Shown: in pieces, positions 8,641 to 17,227 of the stretch | Numbering within the stretch: position 1 is the first letter of the stretch | How the letters are laid out: the number at the start of each line of letters is the position of its first letter | Assembly (NCBI GenBank): GCA_050184475.1 | Contig: JBFXAH010000011.1 | Span: 11,208 to 75,207 of the forward strand | Length of the DNA stretch: 64,000 bases | Source of the DNA: Pirellulales bacterium | GTDB taxonomy: Bacteria; Planctomycetota; Planctomycetia; Pirellulales; JAEUIK01 | Reading direction: 5' to 3' | The notes under the pieces: generated by a model | Databases searched by the model: none | What the model was told of the DNA's origin: nothing | The model's input: only the letters and a program-made list of their open reading frames with translations | Made by a program: the position numbers and the translations under genes

Positions 8641-11124
8641 ATGCCGCAACGGGGAAGCCGAGTTTGCCTTATCCGCCGGATCGGCTGCGCGCCCGCCGTG
8701 TGGGCCGCCGTCTGGCCCGTGCTGCTCTTGCTGGCCCCGCTCCCCGCCGCCGGGCAGATGCAGATCCCCACCTCGGGCGTGCTCCCCTCGTCGATGCCCA
8801 CCCAGTCGCTGTTGCTGGGAGATCAACTTACGCAATTGCGAGCCGACTGGGCCGCACCGGTCAACGCCACGCAGCAACTCTACATCAACAGCGTCAACAG
8901 CTACGCGAATCGTACGCCCAGCGGCGCCGTCCCCACGACGAAGGCGACCGCGGCCTTCGATAGTAGCACGGCCGAAAACGCCGGATTGCGCTACGCCATG
9001 ACGGGCTCGACGGCCGACCTGAACAAGGCGGTCAACACACTACTGGTCGCCGCCGTTCCCGATCCCGGCTTTCTTGTCGATCAGAACGCCTTCATTACCC
9101 GGCCCGAGATGGTGACCAGCTACCTGATGGCGTACGACTTCATCCGCGGCGCGCCATTGGCCGAGCTGCCACAAGCCACGCGGACGCAGATCGAGTCGCG
9201 ACTGGCCGCGCTGGCCGGCAGCCTCAACTACGGCAACAACACCGACAGCAACGCCCGGGCCAAGATCGGCGGCACGCTCGGGCTGGCGGGCGTGCTGCTG
9301 GCCAATCAAACGCTGCTCGATCGCGGACTGGCCGACCTGCAGCGGAATCTCGATTACAGCACGACCGACGATGGTTGGTTCGCCGACGGCCCGTCGAGTT
9401 ACCTCAACTACACGCTCCGGCACTATGCGACCTTCGCGCGGGCGTACGAACAGGGCTCGGGCGTCAACCTCTACAGCGCGCTGCAGCCGTTCGTCGATAT
9501 GGCCAACGCCACGCGCTTGCCCACGGGCGAGGTCCCCAACCTGACAAACGGACTGAATCTGCCCGTGGCCACGGGGCTGTTCACTAACAATCCCGATGCA
9601 CAGCAGGCGGGCGAAGCGATGTGGTACTTGAACAACATCGCCGCGCCCAATCCGTATCCGTGGAACAACGGCACCAACGTGGTGAACAACGATGGCTCGC
9701 TGGCCACGTTTTTCGCGCTGACGAATTTTCACGTCGCGCCGGTCGCACCCAGTTCGCCAACCCATTTGGCGAGCGGACAAAGCCACGTCTCGGTGTTGCG
9801 CACCGATTTCAGCCCGACCAGCGACTATTTGCTGATGTCGGCCGGCATCGACCCCCCCGCGCAAGTGTTTAATGTTCCCACCGACCCACCCCAGAGCTTT
9901 GTCATTCCGGCGTTTCATTCGCACGCCGACACCGGCGAAATCTTGCTGGCCTCGGGCGGGCAATACCTGTTGGTCGCGCCAGGCTATCGACGTAACGACT
10001 TGTCGAATTCACCCGCCGACTTCACGCCGCAGCAGCCCGACTGGCACAACGTGGTGCTGATCGACGGCGGGCTAGGAGTCGTTCCCGCGGACCTCGCCGG
10101 GACCAGCGCAGGCCTGGCGATGCGGCCCGAGGACTTCGTGAGCACGCACCGGCTCGACAGTGGCGAGTTCGGCGGCCACCACGGCGTGTCGGACTTTGCC
10201 ACGCTGCGGATGAACTACGCCGAGACCGACGTTTCGCGGAGCATCGCCCACCCCAACGAAAACTACTTCGTCGTGGCCGACCGCATGCACGGCACGACGA
10301 GCCACGCCTACGGCTTCAATCTCGTCGGTCTCGGCACGCAGACGGTGCTCACCGACACGCCTGGCCTGGTCGAGGTGCAGTGGGAAGAAGGGGGGCAGCG
10401 CGTGATCCAGCACCTCGTCGGCACGCACGCCATGAGCCTGACGACCGACTCGCTCTGGATGCACGACAACTTCAATCAATTCGTCGTCACGCAGCGAATG
10501 ACCGCCACGATGCAGGCGACCGACGGCCTGTTCCTGAGCATTCTCGAAACCGGACCGGCAGGCGGCCCCGCGCAACTGGCGATCAACAACCTTTCGACCA
10601 CCACGCTGGCCGCGGCCGAAGTGCTCAACGCCGGCGAAGGTTGGACCGACACGATCTTCTCGCAGCACAACACGCAATTGGCGCTGGCCGGTGGTTTGCT
10701 CAGCGACGGTCAATACGCCTACGTGCGGCACGTTGGCGGTGTCGTCGAGAGCGCGATGCTGGCGGCCGGCACGCGGATCGACTATGCCGGACACACGTTG
10801 CTGGCCACGACGGCGCCCGTAACGATGTCGGCCGCCTTCGCCAGCGACGGAGTGCTGGGGACGATTTCGCCCGACGAGTTTTCGCCCGGCACCGAGCTGC
10901 ACTTGTTCGGCCGCACGATTGGCTCGGCAACGCTCGACGGCGCGCCGTTGGCCTTCTTGAACGGCCTGGACTACGACGTCGTCTACCTGACCGGCGCCGG
11001 CGATCTGGTGGTGACCTATTTGCCGGTCCCCGAGCCGAGCTCGCTGGTGCTGGCGGCGCTGGCCGCGATCGGAGTGGTGGGCGCGATCGTGCGACGACGA
11101 AGAAGTCTCGCGTCCAGGCGCTAA
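8641..11124 (+). CDS. secreted heparinase II/III-like (polysaccharide lyase-like) protein with a C-terminal PEP-CTERM sorting signal
   Basis: N-terminal signal peptide. The C-terminus VPEPSSLVLAALAAIGVVGAIVRRRRS is a textbook PEP-CTERM motif plus TM plus basic tail. The catalytic-family assignment is from overall resemblance only and is less certain. Confidence 0.7.
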   Translation: MPQRGSRVCLIRRIGCAPAVWAAVWPVLLLLAPLPAAGQMQIPTSGVLPSSMPTQSLLLGDQLTQLRADWAAPVNATQQLYINSVNSYANRTPSGAVPTTKATAAFDSSTAENAGLRYAMTGSTADLNKAVNTLLVAAVPDPGFLVDQNAFITRPEMVTSYLMAYDFIRGAPLAELPQATRTQIESRLAALAGSLNYGNNTDSNARAKIGGTLGLAGVLLANQTLLDRGLADLQRNLDYSTTDDGWFADGPSSYLNYTLRHYATFARAYEQGSGVNLYSALQPFVDMANATRLPTGEVPNLTNGLNLPVATGLFTNNPDAQQAGEAMWYLNNIAAPNPYPWNNGTNVVNNDGSLATFFALTNFHVAPVAPSSPTHLASGQSHVSVLRTDFSPTSDYLLMSAGIDPPAQVFNVPTDPPQSFVIPAFHSHADTGEILLASGGQYLLVAPGYRRNDLSNSPADFTPQQPDWHNVVLIDGGLGVVPADLAGTSAGLAMRPEDFVSTHRLDSGEFGGHHGVSDFATLRMNYAETDVSRSIAHPNENYFVVADRMHGTTSHAYGFNLVGLGTQTVLTDTPGLVEVQWEEGGQRVIQHLVGTHAMSLTTDSLWMHDNFNQFVVTQRMTATMQATDGLFLSILETGPAGGPAQLAINNLSTTTLAAAEVLNAGEGWTDTIFSQHNTQLALAGGLLSDGQYAYVRHVGGVVESAMLAAGTRIDYAGHTLLATTAPVTMSAAFASDGVLGTISPDEFSPGTELHLFGRTIGSATLDGAPLAFLNGLDYDVVYLTGAGDLVVTYLPVPEPSSLVLAALAAIGVVGAIVRRRRSLASRR

Positions 11125-11294
11125 ACCGCCAAGCTCGAAAATCGCGGCCGTGCCCAGCCTTGGCCGCAGCGACTCGGCACAAACGTGGCGCTTGCCGAGG
11201 CGATCTGCTACGATAAGAAGCCATCCTCCCGGGGTGAACCGGTCGCCATGCGACACGGCCCCTGCCACGCCTGCCTCTTGGAGCCCCGCGAACC

Positions 11295-12623
11295 ATGACC
11301 CAACCAGCCCAGAGGGCCGCTGCGACTTCGGCAGCCACGACCACGCGCCGCGGATTCTTGCGAACTTCGTCGAGCGCGGTGGCCGCCGGATCGATGGCCG
11401 CGACCGTCGTCGGCACCCTCTCGATGGCGCGGCACGCGCACGCGGCCGGGGCCGACGACACGTTGAAAGTCGGCTTGATCGGTTGCGGTGGGCGCGGCAC
11501 CGGCGCGGCGGCCCAAGCGCTGCAAGCCGACGCCGGCTCGCGGTTGTGGGCGCTGGGGGACGTCTTCGGCGATCACTTGCAGTCGAGCCTGGCCAACTTG
11601 CGGAAGATGCCCGAGGTCTCGTCGAAGATCGACGTGGCCGACGATCGCTGCTTCGTCGGCTTCGACGCTTTCCAACAGGTGATCGACAGCGGCGTTGACG
11701 TCGTGGTGCTGACGACGCCCCCCCATTTTCGTCCGCAACACCTGGCGGCCGCGGTCGCCGCCGGCAAGCACGTTTTCTGCGAGAAGCCGGTGGCCGTCGA
11801 CGCGCCGGGCGTGCGCAGCGTGCTCGAGACGAGCAAGCTGGCCAGTGAGAAAGGGCTGTCGATCGTCTCCGGTTTGTGCTGGCGCTACGACTACGGCGTC
11901 CGCGAAACGGTCAAGCGCATTCAAGACGGCGCCATCGGCGACATCGTCGCCATCCAGGAGAATTACCTGGCCGGCAGCTTGTGGATGCATCCGCGGCAAC
12001 CGAGCTGGACCGACATGGAATGGCAGTTGCGCAACTGGCTGTACTTCGCCTGGCTGTCGGGCGATCACAACGTCGAGCAGCACGTGCACAGTCTCGACAA
12101 GGCGGCTTGGCTGCTCGGCGATGTAATGCCGCTGAAGGCGACCGGGCTCGGCGGGCGGCAAGTGCGCACTGGCCCCGAGTACGGCCATATCTTCGATCAT
12201 CACGCCGTGGTCTACGACTTTCCCAACAACGTCAAAGTGTTTGCTTATACACGGCAGATGGATGGCTGCGCCACGGACGTCGAAGACTACATCCTGGGAA
12301 CGAAGGGGCGGGCCGAAATCCTCCGGCACATCGTCGAGGCCGACGAGCGTTGGCGCTATCGCGGCCCCAAGAACAACATGTACCAGACCGAGCACGACGA
12401 GTTGTTCGCCGCGATCCGCGGCGGGCAGCCGATCAACAATGGCCAGTACATGGCCAACAGCACGCTGATGGCCATCATGGGCCGCATGGCGACCTACACC
12501 GGCAAGACGATCACCGGCGAGCAGGCGCTCAACTCCGAGGAGCGGCTCGGGCCGACGACGTACGAGTTTGGCCCGTTGGAAGTGCCGCAAGTGGCGATGC
12601 CCGGCCGCACGGCATTCGCGTAG
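11295..12623 (+). CDS. Tat-exported Gfo/Idh/MocA-family NAD(P)-dependent oxidoreductase
   Basis: Twin-arginine signal TTRRGFLRTSSSAVAAG...AHA. Rossmann motif LKVGLIGCGGRGTGAA. Length and C-terminal domain are typical of the periplasmic Gfo/Idh/MocA family. Confidence 0.85.
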   Translation: MTQPAQRAAATSAATTTRRGFLRTSSSAVAAGSMAATVVGTLSMARHAHAAGADDTLKVGLIGCGGRGTGAAAQALQADAGSRLWALGDVFGDHLQSSLANLRKMPEVSSKIDVADDRCFVGFDAFQQVIDSGVDVVVLTTPPHFRPQHLAAAVAAGKHVFCEKPVAVDAPGVRSVLETSKLASEKGLSIVSGLCWRYDYGVRETVKRIQDGAIGDIVAIQENYLAGSLWMHPRQPSWTDMEWQLRNWLYFAWLSGDHNVEQHVHSLDKAAWLLGDVMPLKATGLGGRQVRTGPEYGHIFDHHAVVYDFPNNVKVFAYTRQMDGCATDVEDYILGTKGRAEILRHIVEADERWRYRGPKNNMYQTEHDELFAAIRGGQPINNGQYMANSTLMAIMGRMATYTGKTITGEQALNSEERLGPTTYEFGPLEVPQVAMPGRTAFA

Positions 12624-12635
12624 AGCGCTTTAGGG

Positions 12636-12860
12636 TTATTGCCATTCACCCTGGGGATGACGGAAAAACGTGTCATCAGCTAGAGAGCCGGCCAGGTCGA
12701 AGTATCCGTTGGGCCAATCGCGATCTTTCGGAAGTCGGTTATTGCCAGTTACATCGACGACGACCAGAACTTCGCACTCCACTTCTGGCTTGCCCAGTGG
12801 AATCTGCAACGACAAAGTGCCGTCGGCCGAAGTCTTCTGCACGATACGGATGGTTTGCAT
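12636..12860 (-). CDS. small AbrB/SpoVT-like antitoxin-like protein (no cognate toxin gene adjacent)
   Basis: 74 aa. MQTIRIVQKTSADGTLSLQIPLG... resembles swapped-hairpin antitoxin N-termini. The C-terminal WPNGYFDLAGSLADDTFFRHPQGEW resembles a tail seen in small planctomycete/cyanobacterial antitoxin-like proteins. The DNA is visibly lower in G+C. Confidence 0.45.
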   Translation of the reverse strand: MQTIRIVQKTSADGTLSLQIPLGKPEVECEVLVVVDVTGNNRLPKDRDWPNGYFDLAGSLADDTFFRHPQGEWQ

Positions 12861-13038
12861 GGCTTGCCGTCCTACAAAGCGCCCCCTGTATTCTACTCCG
12901 CGATGGCATCAGCTCGCCAACGACGCGGAGTCGACGGCGAGCGATTTGGCCGGCAATGACGAAGCAGGGCTCGACTGTCACACTTGGGCACACATCAGGG
13001 CATGGAGCCCGCTGCCGGCGGATTCGCGCCTCGGCGAG

Positions 13039-14172
13039 TTAGCGCAACTCAGATTTGGCCCGCAGTTGGCGGTAGATGCGTAGCGGCGTGCGCAACCAGG
13101 GGCTCAGCCGCGGATCGTGCACGATGGTCCGCATGGCCAGGAAGCCGCGCCGCACCAAGGGGCGCACCAGCCGCAAATCGACCGCCCCTTCGAACAGCGG
13201 CACCGCATCGTTCATCAACCGGGCCTTGTATTGCTCGGGCCCCTTACCCAGGTCGATCCGCTCGATGCCGACGCTCGGAGCCAGTTCGGCCAGCTTGACC
13301 AGCAGCACCATGCCGGGCGAGTGCTTCGCCAGCTCGCGCTCGAAGGCGAAGATCCAGTTGTGCAGCACGCTGCCGGAGCGCATGCCGTAGATGATCGCCG
13401 CCAGCCGGTCGCCGGCGTAGAGCGTGGTCACCATCCCGCGGAAGTGCGGCGTTTGCGTAACCGCGATCTGCCGCAGCAGCCGCTCAACCCAATCGACCCC
13501 GAACGTGTTCGCCAGGTCGGTGCGCTCGAACTGTTCGGCCTTCCAACGAAACAGCATGTCGAGCACCTGCGGATCGGCGTCGTGCAATTCCAAGCGCAGC
13601 GGGCCGAGATCGCGCTCGAGAATGCGGGCCGCCCGTCGGGCCTTGGGAACGACATCGGTGCCGGCCGCGGCGCGATCGGCCGCGTAAGCATCGAAACCGC
13701 GCGCCAGATTCAGGCACGGGGATTCGGCCGTGGACCAGCTATAAGGGGCAAACGCCTGCTCTTCAGCCAACAGATGATTGAAGTCCCAGTTCGCCAGATG
13801 GCAGCGGCGCAACAGCGCGGCGGCGTCCCCCTGCCAGGGTCGTGCGGCGATGATGGCCTGATAATCGGAGAGCGGTCCGCCGACCGTCTTGCCGGTTCCC
13901 GAGCGCGAACGCTGGAACGGAAAGAAGCCGACGATGCGGCCCGCCGCCTCGAGCACCGCCACTAGGACGTCGTCGCGGTGCTCGGCGACGAGGCGGGTGA
14001 ATTCAGGCTGGAAGAACGGGCCCGCCAACGACGCTCGCCGGGCCACCAGCGCGTGCCAGGCGTCGACGAGGTCGTTCCCCAGCTCACGCCCAGGAACGAG
14101 CGCGACGCGATCGAAATCGTCGCTCTCCTCCTCGCCAGAAGCGTTTTCCGGTTGGACTGTCGCTACAGACAT
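13039..14172 (-). CDS. GNAT-family acetyltransferase, CelD/BioF2-like (Acetyltransf_6-type)
   Basis: Start placed at MSVATVQPEN (ATG 14170-14172); the upstream ORF extension looks non-coding. Length and the FFQPEFTRLVAEH...YQAIIA...HNWIFAFERELAKHSPG pattern resemble CelD-like GNAT proteins. Confidence 0.65.
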   Translation of the reverse strand: MSVATVQPENASGEEESDDFDRVALVPGRELGNDLVDAWHALVARRASLAGPFFQPEFTRLVAEHRDDVLVAVLEAAGRIVGFFPFQRSRSGTGKTVGGPLSDYQAIIAARPWQGDAAALLRRCHLANWDFNHLLAEEQAFAPYSWSTAESPCLNLARGFDAYAADRAAAGTDVVPKARRAARILERDLGPLRLELHDADPQVLDMLFRWKAEQFERTDLANTFGVDWVERLLRQIAVTQTPHFRGMVTTLYAGDRLAAIIYGMRSGSVLHNWIFAFERELAKHSPGMVLLVKLAELAPSVGIERIDLGKGPEQYKARLMNDAVPLFEGAVDLRLVRPLVRRGFLAMRTIVHDPRLSPWLRTPLRIYRQLRAKSELR

Positions 14173-14396
14173 CGGTATCCCTGGGGGAGGGCGCGCGGAG
14201 CTGCCGGTACCGACGCGCTGCCAGTTCCTGACGAACGCCGGCGCAGTGAACGCAGCGGGCCACGCAAATCTAGCTCGCCGGAATTCTCGGCATGAAGCTG
14301 AGCTAACCAGTCCACGGGCAATGATGCCTGCCGCGTGGTCGGCGGCGTTACATTCGTCGCCACCGGGAGATTCGGACCCGCCGGACGGTTTTCCGG

Positions 14397-15254
14397 TCAG
14401 ACGTCGAGCGGTCGCCAATTGGGGTCTTTAAGGGCGGGGTCAGGGAGAGTCCGTGGCTCAAATGGCTGGTCCCATTCGTCATGCCCAGTCGTCCACACGC
14501 CATGCTCGACGAAATTCTGCTGGGCCTTTCGCAATCGGATGGGATTGGGTTTGCTATGGTCGCGCGGGTCACGGTGGCCAAGCAAGTAGCGCCAGCAACA
14601 AAAGTCGCACTCACCGAGATTGGTCCGGAACCCACAACAAGGGCACGTAACGATCCGAATTAATGAGTCGGCGTTTGGGCTAAACGGACTGGCGAGCGCA
14701 CGAAGCAACTGCCAATTCGGATCGCGGCGATCGCTCCGCGTTGGTCTACGGGAGAGCTTTTTGTCCTGCTCTCGGATAGCACCAATCCTCTTGTAGTTCC
14801 GCTGCGCCTCGCGCAAGGTGATGCAGTTGACCGGGCTATGAAAGTCCGGCGAGTAGCTCCCTGCACAATACCGCCAACAGCAAATGGGGCACCGCGCGAA
14901 TCCCCCGTGAATGGTCTTGTAGCCACAACATGGACACGTGGCGTTACTTAAGGGAAGGTCGGGATCGACGATCGGCCAACCGTCGAAGGGTGGATCAAGC
15001 AGCGCCCAATTTGGATCGTACTCCCAAGCGCCATCGCTGAGCTCCTTGCTGCTTCGAAAAGCTTCGCGTCCCCCCGCACGAGCGATGAACTCAGCCTGCC
15101 AGTCGCGCAAGGTCCTGCCGCCGTTTGCACCACCGGGAGCATCAGGGAACTTCAATTCGTACGATTCAAACTCCCAGCCGCACCAACAGATGTCGCCGAT
15201 ACCGCTGATGCCAATCAACCCGCAGCACGGACATCCAAACGACGAGCTCGACAT
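14397..15254 (-). CDS. protein made of three tandem cysteine-rich CPCC domains
   Basis: Three modules begin CPCCGLIG..CWCGWE, CPCCGYKT..CPICCWRY and CPCCGFRT..CDFCCWRY. Each is followed by an (L/I)R(D/E/K)(W/A)Q helix-like segment and a DPNW-x-(L/P)L motif. The gene sits in a lower-GC pocket. Confidence 0.75.
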   Translation of the reverse strand: MSSSSFGCPCCGLIGISGIGDICWCGWEFESYELKFPDAPGGANGGRTLRDWQAEFIARAGGREAFRSSKELSDGAWEYDPNWALLDPPFDGWPIVDPDLPLSNATCPCCGYKTIHGGFARCPICCWRYCAGSYSPDFHSPVNCITLREAQRNYKRIGAIREQDKKLSRRPTRSDRRDPNWQLLRALASPFSPNADSLIRIVTCPCCGFRTNLGECDFCCWRYLLGHRDPRDHSKPNPIRLRKAQQNFVEHGVWTTGHDEWDQPFEPRTLPDPALKDPNWRPLDV

Positions 15255-15306
15255 GTGAGCGACTGGAAGTTGAAGTGACGATCCCGAGGCCCACCGAAAG
15301 GCGTCG

Positions 15307-16686
15307 TCAGTTCCACCACCAGGCGCTGTCGGCGGCGGCGTGCGACTTGTCGCGCAATTCGGAGACTTTGCCGTCGCTGTCGGGAGTCAGCTTGTCCAGC
15401 GCGCTCCACGAGTGGATGACCACCCCTCCCGACGCACTGACCACCCAACTGTTCCCCTTGCGGAAGAAGCTGACACGACTGTCGACCTGCCTGGCTGCCG
15501 CCAGTTGCGTCAGCGGCAACTCGTCGGCCGTCGTCAGCGTGGGCAAAAGGCAACTGGCGCGCGCCGCCAGATCGTCTTTGGCCAGGATCGCGCCGACCAC
15601 GGCCAGGTCCATCACGTTCGATAATTCGGCAAAGACCGGGATCTGCCGGGCCACCTCGCCGTAGCGGCGCGTGAATTGATCGGCCCAGCGCTGGGCGTCG
15701 GGGCTCTTCTTGCCGGTGCGCGTGCGCTCGCCCGCGGCGTCGACGGTCGAGTCTTCGGTGACCGCCTTCACCCCCGCGCCGCGGATTTCCCAGGCCAGGG
15801 CGTCGTCGGTCCGCACGATCGCGTCGTAGTCGGGCTCGAGCCACCAGCGGGGCATCATGCTGCCGCGTCCGCTGGCCATGTGCAAGTAGCTATTGAGTCC
15901 TTTGACCGGCGAGGGCTCGATGTTCATCGCCAGGCACTTCATGCGAAAATCGGCCGCCACCATCACGCGGGCAAAGCGGCTGGTCGCCGGCACGCCTGCG
16001 ACGGTGATGCGTTGCGGCCCCAGGCTCTCTTCGATTTCGATGATGGCCGCGTTCGGGTCGGTGGTCAGCATGCCGCTCGAAGTGGCCAGAAACTGCTGCA
16101 TCCGCGCCAGGCCAGCCGCGCTGGGGTCGATCGAACAACTGATGCCGTCGACTTGCACGCCGCGCGCGGTCCGCAGCGCCACGACGAGGTCGTCGAGCCA
16201 GAGAACGGGCCGCCCCGTCGAAACGCCGACGAACGCGCCGCGGTCGTCGAGCCGCCAGCCCTCGCCGTAGCCGACCAGCACGATATCTTGCTGGTCGGGA
16301 TAGACCAGCACGTAGCGCACCTCTTGCAGGCCCGCCAGAAACTGGACTTCTTCGGGCAGGTCTTCGCCGGCGGCCAGTGAGCGGGCGATCTCGGCATCGA
16401 GCCGCTTGAGCGAGACTTTGCGGAGCGGTTGGCGCTTGTTGAGCTCCGCAGGCAGGCCGGCCAGCGCTTGGGCGTAATGGGCGCGCAACTCGCCCGACAG
16501 TTCGACATTGGCGCGCGAGACGATGCCCCGCGCGTTGATGGCCACGCCTCCCACGCCGCCCGAGACGGTGCTCGGGAAATTCTGCGCTAGCGCGGCGGCC
16601 GGTAACCAACAATGCGCGACCAACTGGGCCAGTGCCGTCGCCAGCACAAGCCGCAAGCTTCGCGCGAAGAATCGTCGCCCTGTCAT
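15307..16686 (-). CDS. secreted conserved planctomycetal protein (DUF1598-like, named from memory)
   Basis: Start chosen at MTGRRFFARSLRLVLATALAQLV...ALA (signal peptide, ATG 16684-16686). The remainder has no catalytic motif I recognise. Confidence 0.6.
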   Translation of the reverse strand: MTGRRFFARSLRLVLATALAQLVAHCWLPAAALAQNFPSTVSGGVGGVAINARGIVSRANVELSGELRAHYAQALAGLPAELNKRQPLRKVSLKRLDAEIARSLAAGEDLPEEVQFLAGLQEVRYVLVYPDQQDIVLVGYGEGWRLDDRGAFVGVSTGRPVLWLDDLVVALRTARGVQVDGISCSIDPSAAGLARMQQFLATSSGMLTTDPNAAIIEIEESLGPQRITVAGVPATSRFARVMVAADFRMKCLAMNIEPSPVKGLNSYLHMASGRGSMMPRWWLEPDYDAIVRTDDALAWEIRGAGVKAVTEDSTVDAAGERTRTGKKSPDAQRWADQFTRRYGEVARQIPVFAELSNVMDLAVVGAILAKDDLAARASCLLPTLTTADELPLTQLAAARQVDSRVSFFRKGNSWVVSASGGVVIHSWSALDKLTPDSDGKVSELRDKSHAAADSAWWWN

Positions 16687-17227
16687 GTGGATGGCCGCTT
16701 CTAGCTGACGAGGAGGGACTGTTCCGGAAGAAGGCGGGCGGACAGAACCCCTTTGGGTAGTCTGAGCCACCCCGCTTCCATTAAAGAGCCTAATCTGCTC
16801 TGGCGCCAGGGGCAATTCGCGGAGGATCGAGCAGGTAGGGCGATCCGGTCGGCCAAGGCAATCGTGGCACGAATCGGCGAGAAAAGGCTACTCGGGCGGG
16901 CGCGCCACCCGGCGACCGGCTCGCTGGCACTTGAAATCGGCACCCGCCGAGGGCTAAGGTGTAGTCAGGTGCCAAGCGACCTGATCGGGTCGGGGCCAGC
17001 GGCACCGGCCAAATTCGCCCCAGGTACGGGCAACACTCCTCATCCGCACACGATTGCCGCTTGGGATTGTCAGAAACAGCCGCTCGCCCCGCGACCAGGT
17101 TTGGCGACTCACCGTGGCGAATTCTGGCTAAACTGGCAGTTCAGGCCTGCTGCTTACTTCGCCTCCAATGGTCTGGAGGTGGCGCTATCGCTAACGACGG
17201 CCACCTCCTTCCCAATTGGCGAGGGCT

